64,000 bases of DNA, taken from Cyanobacteria bacterium auto_48_18. Lineage in GTDB: Bacteria > Cyanobacteriota > Vampirovibrionia > Obscuribacterales > Obscuribacteraceae. The DNA lies in NCBI GenBank assembly GCA_036170915.1, contig JAVHQC010000026.1, positions 32,001 through 96,000 on the forward strand, written 5' to 3'. The notes beneath the pieces were generated by a model. It saw nothing but the letters and a program-made list of their open reading frames with translations, was not told where the DNA came from and made no database searches. This document shows, in pieces, positions 1 through 9,756 of the stretch (position 1 is its first letter; every line of letters begins with the position of its first letter). A program made the translations under genes and the position numbers.

Positions 1-1
1 G

Positions 2-808
2 CAAGACGAGCAGGCATCAGCCACGGATTCTGCTTTTGCATCGCCCATCGAGATAATCGCCAGTGACTACTGGCAGAAGAATCTAACTGAAACTGCCGAG
101 CCTCTAGCTAAGGAGACTCAGCTAGGATTTATCCACAGGCACGAGCGCGATTTATTCTGGTTAGCCGTGATCGTATGTTTGCAGTTTATAGGTAGCTGGT
201 TTGCCGGTACTCATGGATATTTTGAATTTTCGTCCGTTGCGCTCAAGCAATTTTTTTCTATGCTCAGCCTTGCGTTTCCCATTTTGGCGGCACTGCTTCT
301 AACCAGGCCAGCTTGGTCCAAAGATAAAGGGCTTATTGCAGTGATTGCCCTCATCACGTTGCTGTTCTTCCCGCCTTTTTTTGTCACGAATACTTTTATA
401 GTGCTGTTTTGCTGCTGGACAAAGTCGGCGAGAAAAATTGCCTCGGTTGCACTTGTAATTATTTTTGTAAGTGCCTGGTACTGGAGGTTCGAGCCTGTTG
501 ATTCAGCTGCGGTCGGCTATAAACTGAGTACCAGCAAACACAATCTAAGTTTTGATAGTCGGCCTATCGTGTCGATGTTCGGTCCACCGATTGAATTGAG
601 TCTGGTAGAAAAAATGCCTGTGACACCATTTCTATACTTTGTCAAAGTTCATTGGCTCACCAATATCTACCCTTGGGATATTCCCCGAATTGTGCCAATC
701 GACGGAGATCACGTCTACGTTTTAATCGAGGCCCCACCGCACTACACCCGCTCTTTTGTTGATCTTTCTCGGGTCAACAAGACAATACCTAAAGAAACAA
801 ATCGATGA
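2..808 (+). CDS. Hypothetical integral membrane protein, 5'-truncated by the window edge; paralog of the next gene
   Basis: The frame of ORF 167..808 is open back to position 2 (QDEQASA...HERDLFWLAVIV). About 4 hydrophobic helices. Shares motifs with 844..1566. Confidence 0.75.
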   Translation, partial: QDEQASATDSAFASPIEIIASDYWQKNLTETAEPLAKETQLGFIHRHERDLFWLAVIVCLQFIGSWFAGTHGYFEFSSVALKQFFSMLSLAFPILAALLLTRPAWSKDKGLIAVIALITLLFFPPFFVTNTFIVLFCCWTKSARKIASVALVIIFVSAWYWRFEPVDSAAVGYKLSTSKHNLSFDSRPIVSMFGPPIELSLVEKMPVTPFLYFVKVHWLTNIYPWDIPRIVPIDGDHVYVLIEAPPHYTRSFVDLSRVNKTIPKETNR

Positions 809-843
809 TCGGCGTACGGCTAATCAGGCCTTATAATGGTCTG

Positions 844-1566
844 ATGGAGAATCAATCGCCGGTACTCAAATTTCTGCTACTCAACGAGCGCAATCTCTTT
901 TGGCTTTTTGCAGCATCCGCTTTGATTTTCATCGCTAACTGGTTTTTGGCCACCCATGGCTATTTCGAGTTTGAAAACGAAAGGCTGCGACAGTTGCTCA
1001 TGGCCGTTAGCATGTTTTCACCCATAATCGGCATTTTAGTGCTGCTTTCTGATGATTGCCAGAACGGCACGCCCATTCTCGCAGGTCTTGTATTCGCTTC
1101 ATTGTTGCTATTGTGGCCCACAGCTACAATCACTTGCTTTATTGTCATGCTCTTCTGTTGGACGAAGACAACCCGCATAATTGGCGTTATCATGCTGGTT
1201 TTCGTGCAGGCACTATCAGGCATATTGTTTGTCACTACCAATAAGCAGACTGAAACTCTAGAGTTGTTCAAATTGCCCATGGCTCATCATGAGCTTGTTT
1301 TGCGTGGAGTGACCGATGATGGCAATTATTGCTCAAGTCTTGCTCTGCAAGAAGACTATCCGGTGGCGAAGGGCATTCGCTTGGTCAAGACTTTTTACCG
1401 ACTGAAAGACGATGATTATGCTTACAAGCACGATATCTTTAGTTTGAGCCCGGTTGATGATAACCATGCGGCGCTAGTCGTACAACACGGTCCACGCTCG
1501 CAGCGAGTGGTGGTTGACTTAACCATTAAGAACCGTTGGTCTGAAGTGGACGAGAACACTTATTAG
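844..1566 (+). CDS. Hypothetical integral membrane protein (tandem paralog)
   Basis: About 4 TM segments plus soluble C-terminus. Shared motifs ERxLFW, THGYFEF, FCxWTK and VDL. ATG 844 preferred to 805. Confidence 0.75.
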   Translation: MENQSPVLKFLLLNERNLFWLFAASALIFIANWFLATHGYFEFENERLRQLLMAVSMFSPIIGILVLLSDDCQNGTPILAGLVFASLLLLWPTATITCFIVMLFCWTKTTRIIGVIMLVFVQALSGILFVTTNKQTETLELFKLPMAHHELVLRGVTDDGNYCSSLALQEDYPVAKGIRLVKTFYRLKDDDYAYKHDIFSLSPVDDNHAALVVQHGPRSQRVVVDLTIKNRWSEVDENTY

Positions 1567-1582
1567 ATAAGGTCCATAATCT

Positions 1583-3049
1583 TCATTCGGAGATGTAGCG
1601 GTTGGAACGAGCGTCATAACCGGCGTAGCTATCGCATTTCCCATCTAAAAATTCTCGAAGTGAGCCATGTCTTTCTGGCTCAACTTTAAACATATCTATA
1701 TCTCTTACATGCGGTGTGCCAAGCGATATTCTACTCTCCGGCTGCTTTTCAATTTTGGCCCGATCTTTGACAATTTCTTGCAAATAACTTTGAAAGAGTG
1801 GTGCCAGCTCATTCATTGGCTTTTCAAAGGCGGCCTCCACAAAAGTTTTAAAGCCTTTTTTGTCTCCGCTTTTCACCAGAGTCAAATACACTTTCAATTT
1901 GCCATAACGGTTGAGAAATAGTGCCACCAGCCGCTGACGATCTTGATTGAAAGGATCGGCATGTTTAGCCTTGCCAACGATGTCCGCTAATTTAAAAGTG
2001 CCGGCGTTTTCTTTAATTGCTTTGGGATACCAGTTCTCTGGAAATCCGACTTCAATGCTAAATTGCGGCTGCAGCTTGCCGTAAACTTTTTCGAAATACG
2101 CAGGTATGCCTTCTTCAGCCCAAAATTCCAGATGCTTCTCACCCTCTAAAATTTTGTGCATAATCTCGTGTAATAGAGTGCCGGTGCCAGTGCCGTCGAA
2201 TGTCACCAGCACATTACGACTGCTGATATAGACCCCTTGAACATGCATGTTGAAATTCATGTGATTGCGAAGAAAGGCTTGTTCAGCGGCTTTATCATGC
2301 AGAATAAAAATACTGACCGGATAATTTCCCTCAACAGAATACAAATTATCGTTGACATAATTGATGAAGCCTTCAGCAATGGTGGCATAACGCTCGAGAG
2401 CGTCTTTCTTGATATCCGATATGAGCACACAGTGCGGAGTGGCAATGAAGCTGGTCATACCAGCGGTAATTTTATCGCGCCGTGTAATCTCAGCTTTGGC
2501 TGTAGCACCGCTTGCGGTTGCATCAAGTGCATCCAGTAGTGTCGCGTCACCGTCAACTGCCCGCAGACCACTGGTGAATTCCAAAAGTTCTTTTTTACGC
2601 TGCAGTTCAATAAGTGCTTGACCGATTGTCTTTATTTGAGCCGCATCGGTCGTCTTAAATTCAACAGCTAACTTTGCGGCATGCAAAAAAGACTCAGCAC
2701 AGTCGTCCCCAAGGCGGGCCTGGCAAATGCCTTTATGTACGAGAGCATCAATATTAGTTCCGCTGCTGCCCATAGACAGCGCCTTGTTATAGTCGGCGAT
2801 AGCATTGCGGTAATCGCAAATTGACCAGTATGTATTGCCTCTCCATAAATATAGATTGGCATCATTGTCTATGGGCTGATCTTTGAGTTTCTGATTGATT
2901 TCATCAAATGCCTGACTAAATTGCTTTTTCGCCAGCAATTGAGAAAAGCGTTCTGCATTGGCGTCGTTTTCTGCCCAGGCATTATTGCAAGTAACTATCA
3001 GCAAAGCACAGAAGGCTACAAAAGCAAATGCTCTGCTCGACCGCCCCAT
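1583..3049 (-). CDS. Secreted TPR protein with C-terminal gluzincin-like metallopeptidase domain
   Basis: Signal peptide (..NAWA|E); TPR pattern YLWRGNTY..YRNAIADYNKAL; HEIMH followed by WAEEGIPAYFE (HExxH...E). Confidence 0.7.
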   Translation of the reverse strand: MGRSSRAFAFVAFCALLIVTCNNAWAENDANAERFSQLLAKKQFSQAFDEINQKLKDQPIDNDANLYLWRGNTYWSICDYRNAIADYNKALSMGSSGTNIDALVHKGICQARLGDDCAESFLHAAKLAVEFKTTDAAQIKTIGQALIELQRKKELLEFTSGLRAVDGDATLLDALDATASGATAKAEITRRDKITAGMTSFIATPHCVLISDIKKDALERYATIAEGFINYVNDNLYSVEGNYPVSIFILHDKAAEQAFLRNHMNFNMHVQGVYISSRNVLVTFDGTGTGTLLHEIMHKILEGEKHLEFWAEEGIPAYFEKVYGKLQPQFSIEVGFPENWYPKAIKENAGTFKLADIVGKAKHADPFNQDRQRLVALFLNRYGKLKVYLTLVKSGDKKGFKTFVEAAFEKPMNELAPLFQSYLQEIVKDRAKIEKQPESRISLGTPHVRDIDMFKVEPERHGSLREFLDGKCDSYAGYDARSNRYISE

Positions 3050-3050
3050 G

Positions 3051-4841
3051 CTAAGAAACAGGACGCTCAAACTGCGCCTTAATCAGCCTGGCGTATGATG
3101 CGTCGCTGGTCATCAACATGTCGTGGGTACCACTCTCGATGATTTGTCCGTGCTCTAATACGAGAATTTGGTCTGCGTGCCTGACGGTAGAAAGGCGGTG
3201 CGCAATCACAATAACTGTGCGGCCTTGCATCAAGTCGTTCAACGCTTCTTGCACGTACGCTTCAGACTCGTTGTCTAATGAGCTTGTGGCTTCATCTAAA
3301 ATCAACACCGGCGCGTTCTTCAAAAATGCCCTGGCAATTGCCAGCCGCTGTTGTTGTCCGCCTGAAAGTCTAACTCCTCGTTCACCAATTTTGGTGTCGT
3401 ATTTGTCTGGCAGTTCCGTAATAAAGTCGTGGCAGTAGGCTGATTTTGCAGCGCTGATTATGTCTTCCATTGAAGCATTGGTGCGGCCCAGCAAGATGTT
3501 CTCGGCCACAGTGGTATTGAAGAGAAAATTGTCTTGAGTTACCACTGCTATTTCAGATCGCAGTGAAGTCATGTCGATTTCTTTGACATTGATGCCATCG
3601 ATAAGGATACTACCGGCGGTGACGTCAAAAAAGCGCGGCACCAGATTGGCCATGGTTGATTTGCCCGAACCTGATAAACCTACAAGCGCCACCAGCTTAC
3701 CTGGAGCGATGTCTATATTGATGTCGCGCAGCACCATGTTTTCATGGGCAGGATAGTGAAAATAGACTCCTTCGAATTTGATGCGGTGTGGGCCAGAGTT
3801 TAGTGTGAGCGGCTTCTCGCTGTTGCGAATATCCGGCATCTGGTCCATCACTTCAAAAATTCTAAAGGCGGCCGCCATAGCCGGTTGAAGCATGCCATTG
3901 ACTCTGCCGATATTTTTCACCGGCGAATATAGAAGCACTAGCGAGACAATAAACGATGTTAGTGCCCCTGGGGTCATCTCGTGCTTAATCAGCATAGAAC
4001 CGGCCACCCATATAACACAAGCAATGCCGCTGGCACTGATGAGAGCGAGAATGGGTGAGAGAATTGCCTCAGCCATCACTGCTTTTATGGTGTTGTGGAA
4101 GAAACCGTTGTTAGTATCAACAAAGCGTTTGACTTGATAATTTTCCAGATTGAACGATTGGACCACCTTGGCCCCTTGAATCGATTCTGAAATTACTGAG
4201 ACCAGGTCACCGATGGCTTCCTGCCCACGTCTTGATGATTTGCGAATTTTTCGGCTAAGTATAGAGACAGGTATAACAATCAAAGAAATAATCGTCAGGG
4301 CGATAATTGCCAGCCAGAAAGCTTGCAACATAATCACTAGTGAAAGCGAAATCACAGTGATCACACGGCTAATTAATGACTGAAATGTTTGTGAAATTGC
4401 ATGTTCGACAATGGCTACATCATTAATCAATCGACCGATTAAGATGCCCGAAGACTGGCCCTGGAAGTACATCAGTGGTTGCTTTTGCAAATGCTCAAAC
4501 ATTTTATTGCGCATGTCGCGAATGGCAGCGGCACCGACATACTTGATTGTATAAGTCTCAATGAAACCAAAAAATCCCTGAAGAACTGCGATCACGAGCA
4601 CCAGGGGTGGTACCCAGTAAATCATCTCCAGGTGGCCTTCGGCGATAATTTTCTGCAAGCCGGCACCGGCCAACCAGGCGATGGCAGCGTCCATACTGCC
4701 TGATGGAACTGCGGCTATGGCGCCGATAACAAACATGAGCGTATAGGGCTTAATGTAACTGAGCAAACGCAAGTAGGTCTGAAACTGCGTGCTCGAAGCT
4801 AATTTATCTGAGGTTTGTTCAGATAGTTCAGAGCCGCTCAT
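3051..4841 (-). CDS. msbA: Lipid A export ABC transporter ATP-binding/permease MsbA-like
   Basis: ABC TM domain, Walker A GLSGSGKST, signature LSGGQ, Walker B ILDEAT; directly downstream of lpxB. Confidence 0.85.
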   Translation of the reverse strand: MSGSELSEQTSDKLASSTQFQTYLRLLSYIKPYTLMFVIGAIAAVPSGSMDAAIAWLAGAGLQKIIAEGHLEMIYWVPPLVLVIAVLQGFFGFIETYTIKYVGAAAIRDMRNKMFEHLQKQPLMYFQGQSSGILIGRLINDVAIVEHAISQTFQSLISRVITVISLSLVIMLQAFWLAIIALTIISLIVIPVSILSRKIRKSSRRGQEAIGDLVSVISESIQGAKVVQSFNLENYQVKRFVDTNNGFFHNTIKAVMAEAILSPILALISASGIACVIWVAGSMLIKHEMTPGALTSFIVSLVLLYSPVKNIGRVNGMLQPAMAAAFRIFEVMDQMPDIRNSEKPLTLNSGPHRIKFEGVYFHYPAHENMVLRDINIDIAPGKLVALVGLSGSGKSTMANLVPRFFDVTAGSILIDGINVKEIDMTSLRSEIAVVTQDNFLFNTTVAENILLGRTNASMEDIISAAKSAYCHDFITELPDKYDTKIGERGVRLSGGQQQRLAIARAFLKNAPVLILDEATSSLDNESEAYVQEALNDLMQGRTVIVIAHRLSTVRHADQILVLEHGQIIESGTHDMLMTSDASYARLIKAQFERPVS

Positions 4842-6193
4842 TTTCTACTTACCACTGCTAAGAGTTCCTGGCTGCAATTTTCCACAAAATCACCCTGACC
4901 GAGTTCCTGACGCAGCGTGAGCAACTCTGATGCGATTTCCTCTCTCAATGCAGGCACATCGAGAAGGTCGAGGCTATATTTTACGAGCATTTCACCCCGG
5001 CAATCCAGTTGAATTAATTCAGGAACCAGCTGGTGACCCGCCAAAAGGTTCGGCCAGCCGAAATTTTTGACGCTTTTAAATACCATTACAAGTAAGTAAG
5101 AAAACAAATTGCCGCGGTAAAAGATGATCATGGGTTTGCCGAACAGGGCTGTTTCAAGAGTGGTGGTGCCGCTTTTTGCCCAAATTAAATCGCAATTCTT
5201 CATTAGTTCAAAGTTGTGTGCCGAATCCACAAGAGTTAGCCCGTGGCCTATCAAAGGCTCAAGGTGAGTGCTTTTAAGGCAATCGTCAACGTAGCTTGAA
5301 ACTTTAGTTGTGGCTTTGGAGAGCACAAATTGAATATTGGGCCGGACACTGAGAATTTTCTTGAGTGCGTCGGCCACAACGGGCATGTGAGCCAGTATTT
5401 CTTGTTTTCGACTGCCGGGCATAATGAGGATAATAGGACGACCTGCATCGAGATTCAGTGTTTGGCAAAGGTCATCGCGATTTATTACGGTGGCCAAATC
5501 TGGCAGGGCTCTCAGAAGCGGATTACCGACAAAGCGCGCATTGACGTTTTTGTCGAGATAGACACCTTCTTCAAAAGGAAAGATGGTGAAAATTTTGCTC
5601 ACTGCGCGGCGCAGCACATTGATGCGCCATGGCCTTGAGCCCCAGACCTGAGGCGAGATGAAATAGTAAATGGGAATGGCTCTGGTTGTCTTTCGCGCAC
5701 CCTGCCATTTCAAATAATTGAAGCCAATCGCTCTTACCAGATCGGCAAAGCGATTTTGCACAAACTCGACTGGCCAGAGAAGATATTCAAATAGAGTAAG
5801 ATTTTTGCCTTGGCTATTAGCTTCCACAGGCGGCATAATCGCCCGGGCGGATGTGGCGAAACCCACGTTAAAGCCGCCGAAATCTACGAGCAAAATGGCA
5901 TCTGGTTGCCTTTCAATCATATTTACCAGAAGTGTCCAGTGCATCTTGGTAAAGAACCAGATATAGCTGAGCACTTCAAATATTCCCAAAACCCCAAATT
6001 CAGCACTATTGAAAAGCAGCTCCATGCCTGCCTTTTCCATCTCGGGGCCGCCGACTCCCCAGATGTGCAGATCTGGATCTTGTTCTTTCAGTTGTTTGAT
6101 GATTTTCGAAACGTGCTTTTCGCCGGAATGATCACCAGAGACGATCATGAGAGAACGACCCTTAGCTGCAGGTCGATCACCGTCCTCGGTCAC
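4838..6193 (-). CDS. lpxB: Lipid-A-disaccharide synthase
   Basis: IVSGDHSG, GVGGPEM, ISPQVWGSR, IFPFE, PGSRKQE, KSGTTTLE, PNLL..PELIQ motifs. Confidence 0.92.
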   Translation of the reverse strand: MTEDGDRPAAKGRSLMIVSGDHSGEKHVSKIIKQLKEQDPDLHIWGVGGPEMEKAGMELLFNSAEFGVLGIFEVLSYIWFFTKMHWTLLVNMIERQPDAILLVDFGGFNVGFATSARAIMPPVEANSQGKNLTLFEYLLWPVEFVQNRFADLVRAIGFNYLKWQGARKTTRAIPIYYFISPQVWGSRPWRINVLRRAVSKIFTIFPFEEGVYLDKNVNARFVGNPLLRALPDLATVINRDDLCQTLNLDAGRPIILIMPGSRKQEILAHMPVVADALKKILSVRPNIQFVLSKATTKVSSYVDDCLKSTHLEPLIGHGLTLVDSAHNFELMKNCDLIWAKSGTTTLETALFGKPMIIFYRGNLFSYLLVMVFKSVKNFGWPNLLAGHQLVPELIQLDCRGEMLVKYSLDLLDVPALREEIASELLTLRQELGQGDFVENCSQELLAVVSRK

Positions 6194-6936
6194 CGCTTCA
6201 CTCCCAGGTGAAGTGCCACTGTACCCAGTGCCAGTGGCGTGTGGCGAATATTAACCAGACCAGCTGCTTCAAACATAGAAGTTATGCGTTCAGGCCGTGG
6301 ATAATTGCGACCTGACTCAGGCAAGTAGGTGTATGCAGTTTTGTCATTTTGCAGAATGCCGCCAATCACAGGCACTACTTTGCTGAAATAAGTATCAAAA
6401 ATTGGGGCAAACAGAGGCACAGTTGTGTGGCCTAGATCTAAATTGACGATGCGCCCGCCCGATTTAACTACTCGAGCCATTTCATTGAGCCCTTTTTGCA
6501 AATCGGTCAAGTTGCGCAAACCGAAGCTTATGATGGCGCCATCGAAGGTATCATCGGCAAAAGGAAGATTTTCTGCATCGCCGCAAATCCAGTCGATATT
6601 AACAGTTTTGATTTTGTCTTTACGCAGTGCCAGACGGCGCTGACGCTCGCCGGCCAGGTCAAGCATATTCTGAGAAAAATCCAGACCCGTAATGTCCGTG
6701 CCTGCGGCCGCTTGTTTGGCGATCACTAAAGAAACGTCGCCGGTGCCGCAGCAAACATCTAAAAATTTGCCGCCCTTTTTACCAGCTAAAAGTTGGCTTA
6801 CCGCGCGCAATTTCCAGGCGCGATGCATAGCCATGCTGATTACATCGTTGCTTAAATCGTAACCGCGGGCGATGCGCTCAAACTGTTCGTGCACATAGTC
6901 GTGCTTATTTTCTTTGGTCGGTAACTGAAATGACAT
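6190..6936 (-). CDS. menG: Demethylmenaquinone methyltransferase (UbiE/MenG)
   Basis: FERIARGYDLSNDVIS, LDVCCGTGD SAM motif, DAENLPF, ISFGLRN, YTYLPES. Confidence 0.9.
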   Translation of the reverse strand: MSFQLPTKENKHDYVHEQFERIARGYDLSNDVISMAMHRAWKLRAVSQLLAGKKGGKFLDVCCGTGDVSLVIAKQAAAGTDITGLDFSQNMLDLAGERQRRLALRKDKIKTVNIDWICGDAENLPFADDTFDGAIISFGLRNLTDLQKGLNEMARVVKSGGRIVNLDLGHTTVPLFAPIFDTYFSKVVPVIGGILQNDKTAYTYLPESGRNYPRPERITSMFEAAGLVNIRHTPLALGTVALHLGVKR

Positions 6937-6966
6937 TAAGTGGTGCCACTAAGCGTCTGAAGTAAA

Positions 6967-7200
6967 TTATCTGACAAAACCGAAGCCTAAAAGCGCGCAT
7001 ACCAGCATGAATAAGCCAAAAACTGTCCATGTCAGACGGTCGAGGCCGGCTTCTGCGCCACGCTTGCCGCTGAAAACAGTGGCTGCCGCACCGATGCCTG
7101 CCATTCCATCGCCTTTAGGAGCGTGGAGAAGAATCAGGATAATCATCAAAACCCCTAAAATGGCTTCAAAAATTAGCAGTGCGATGTAAGGTGCGCTCAT
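6967..7200 (-). CDS. secG: Preprotein translocase subunit SecG
   Basis: Two TM helices flanking ILLHAPKGDGMAGIG...FSG..GAE..LDRLTW. Confidence 0.9.
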   Translation of the reverse strand: MSAPYIALLIFEAILGVLMIILILLHAPKGDGMAGIGAAATVFSGKRGAEAGLDRLTWTVFGLFMLVCALLGFGFVR

Positions 7201-7335
7201 GAATTTTCACTTTGATGACCCCGAGGGCCACCGGAATGCGTTGTGACGTGGAAAAATTATAGCCTATATCAATCCAGACCCTCACCAAAGCCAGTCTGTG
7301 CTAAACATTTAGAACCAATTAGGGAGGCCTCAGTT

Positions 7336-8550
7336 ATGTCGGCGCAACAAAAAATGGCAGCCCCTGGCGAGCATCACAGAGTAGTGATTGTCGGCGGCGG
7401 CACTGCCGGTATATCGGTGGCGCACAGGCTGATGCGGGCCATCGGCCAGGTGGGCATTGCCATTATTGAGCCTTCCAGCAAGCACTATTACCAGCCTTTA
7501 TGGACACTTGTAGGGGCGGGAATTTGCCCAAAAGAAGAAAGTGAGCGAGATGAGTATTCGCTAATCCCCACTGGTGTGAAATGGATTAAAGATCACGTGG
7601 TCGATGTCAAGCCCGGCGTGAATATTGTCAAGCTGCAAAGTGGCGTAGAAATTTCTTACGACTATCTGGTGATGGCAGCTGGACTGCAAATTGACTGGCA
7701 TAAAATCAAAGGCTTGCCGGAAGCCTTAGGTAAAAATGGCGTGTGCAGCAATTACAGCTATGCCCTGGTACATAAAACCTGGGAATTTATTTCGCAATTA
7801 AATGGCGGCACTGCTTTATTTACGCAACCAAACACACCAGTTAAATGTGGTGGCGCACCGCAAAAGATTGCTTATCTGGCGGAAGATCATTTTGTCATTC
7901 GCGGAGTGCGCGATAAGATCAAAGTGATTTTTGCCTCGGCCAATCCCAGCATTTTTTCGGTGAAAAAATATGCCACTAGTCTTACTAAAGTTCTAGAACG
8001 CAAACATATTGAAACCAGATTCCGCCAAGATCTGACTGAAATAGACGGAGAGGCTAAGCGGGCCACTTTTCAGAATCTGGATAGCGGCGAGACTTCAGTG
8101 ATTAATTACGACATGGTGCACGTCACTCCCCCTATGAGTGCTCCAGACTTCATCAAGCGAAGTGAGCTGGCTGACAGTGCCGGTTGGGTAGATGTGAACA
8201 AAAGTACTTTGCAGCACAACCGCTTTGCCAACGTATTTGCTCTCGGTGATTGTTCTAATTTACCTACTTCTAAAACCGGCGCCGCCATTCGTAAGCAGTC
8301 ACCAATCGTGGTGGCAAATTTAATCAGTCAAATGCGACAAGAAAAGCTTACCGGTCAATATGACGGCTACACCTCTTGCCCACTGGTGACCGGTTATAAC
8401 AGTCTAATTTTGGCCGAGTTTGATTACGATTTGAACCCACAGGAGAGCTTCCCCTTTGATCAATCGGAAGAGCGATACAGTATGTACATTTTTAAGAAAG
8501 ACATTTTGCCTCAAATGTACTGGCACGGCATGATGAAAGGTTTGATGTAG
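7336..8550 (+). CDS. sqr: Sulfide:quinone oxidoreductase (type II / SqrB-like)
   Basis: GGGTAG FAD motif, HYYQPLWTLVGAG, KCGGAPQK and YDGYTSCPL catalytic Cys motifs; GGAGG RBS before ATG 7336. Confidence 0.88.
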   Translation: MSAQQKMAAPGEHHRVVIVGGGTAGISVAHRLMRAIGQVGIAIIEPSSKHYYQPLWTLVGAGICPKEESERDEYSLIPTGVKWIKDHVVDVKPGVNIVKLQSGVEISYDYLVMAAGLQIDWHKIKGLPEALGKNGVCSNYSYALVHKTWEFISQLNGGTALFTQPNTPVKCGGAPQKIAYLAEDHFVIRGVRDKIKVIFASANPSIFSVKKYATSLTKVLERKHIETRFRQDLTEIDGEAKRATFQNLDSGETSVINYDMVHVTPPMSAPDFIKRSELADSAGWVDVNKSTLQHNRFANVFALGDCSNLPTSKTGAAIRKQSPIVVANLISQMRQEKLTGQYDGYTSCPLVTGYNSLILAEFDYDLNPQESFPFDQSEERYSMYIFKKDILPQMYWHGMMKGLM

Positions 8551-8584
8551 CCAATTATTATCAAGTTATTTGAGAGGGAAAATT

Positions 8585-9727
8585 ATGGCCATAATGACAG
8601 GACTCTCGGGCAACGAACTATTTTGTCTTGATGCCAAAGGCTATACACCCGGAAATCTTGTTATCGGCAATAGTGTTTTCTCTCTCGGTTTTGTCGGCAG
8701 TCTGACCTCTGGTATCAAGACACTGGGGGGAGGAGAAATTCACGAACTGACCGAACTGATTCGCGAAGGGCGGGAGATGGCTTACATGCGCATGATCGAA
8801 GAAGCGCGGCGCCATGCTGGTGCGGGAGTGACCGGCGTCACTAATCAGCTGATTTTTCACGATGCCAATGTTGAGTATCTATCAATCGGATCGGCTGTGC
8901 ACCGCGAGGGCGAGAGCAATGCCGATATTCCATTTTCGACGTCGGCTAATGGGCAAGAACTATATTGTCAGCTTGATTGTGGTTTTCACCCTTTGCGCTT
9001 CGTTTTCGGCAATGTCGCTTATTCAATTGGTATTGGCGGCGGTGTCATGGGAACGTTGCGTAGTTTGCAAGCTGGTGAAGTGCATGAATTTTCCGGCATG
9101 CTTAATAAGACCAGGCATCTGGCTCTAGAGCGCATCTCTCATGAGGCACGAGAAGCTGGTGCCAACGCTGTTTTAGGCATTCAGACTACTATCGCTCCGC
9201 TGATCGGTATTCAAGAAATGGTGATGACAGGCACTGCGTCATATCACGAAAACCTGCCGGAAGAGTTTAAACAAACGCCAATCACAAGCGATTTGACTAA
9301 CGAAGAAATGTGGAACGTAATAAGCCTTGGCTATTGCCCTATTCGGCTAGTGCTGGGCGTTTCAGTATTTTCTATCGGACTGGCTGGTGGCCTCAAGGCC
9401 ATGTTCAAGAGTTTTGTGCGTGGCGAAATTAAGGAGCTAACTTATCAGATTTATCAGGCTCGCCTCAAAGCTCTGTCCATGATTGCTCAAGAAGCTGAGA
9501 CTTTTGCCGCTGATGACGTAGTGGGCATCAAGACTTACGTTTACGAACTTGGCGGCGGCATGATTGAACTTTTAGCCATCGGCACAGCAATAAAGAAAAT
9601 GCCCAATATAAAAGTTCTGTCGAAAAGCTTGATTGTTCAGGCCGTAATCAAAGATACAGAAACTTTCTCTAACAAAGCCGCTGTTCAGGCCACTTTAGCC
9701 AGGCAAGCCGTATCGATGGGTGAATAG
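8585..9727 (+). CDS. YbjQ/UPF0145 heavy-metal-binding-like protein with three tandem domains
   Basis: Three repeats of L(S/T)xxE...GY.P..LV.G..V.S.G...GE+.E+T......R..A..R+..EA...GA..V.G. Confidence 0.8.
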   Translation: MAIMTGLSGNELFCLDAKGYTPGNLVIGNSVFSLGFVGSLTSGIKTLGGGEIHELTELIREGREMAYMRMIEEARRHAGAGVTGVTNQLIFHDANVEYLSIGSAVHREGESNADIPFSTSANGQELYCQLDCGFHPLRFVFGNVAYSIGIGGGVMGTLRSLQAGEVHEFSGMLNKTRHLALERISHEAREAGANAVLGIQTTIAPLIGIQEMVMTGTASYHENLPEEFKQTPITSDLTNEEMWNVISLGYCPIRLVLGVSVFSIGLAGGLKAMFKSFVRGEIKELTYQIYQARLKALSMIAQEAETFAADDVVGIKTYVYELGGGMIELLAIGTAIKKMPNIKVLSKSLIVQAVIKDTETFSNKAAVQATLARQAVSMGE

Positions 9728-9756
9728 CTCCGAACTAGTCTTAATTGTGAATAGTC

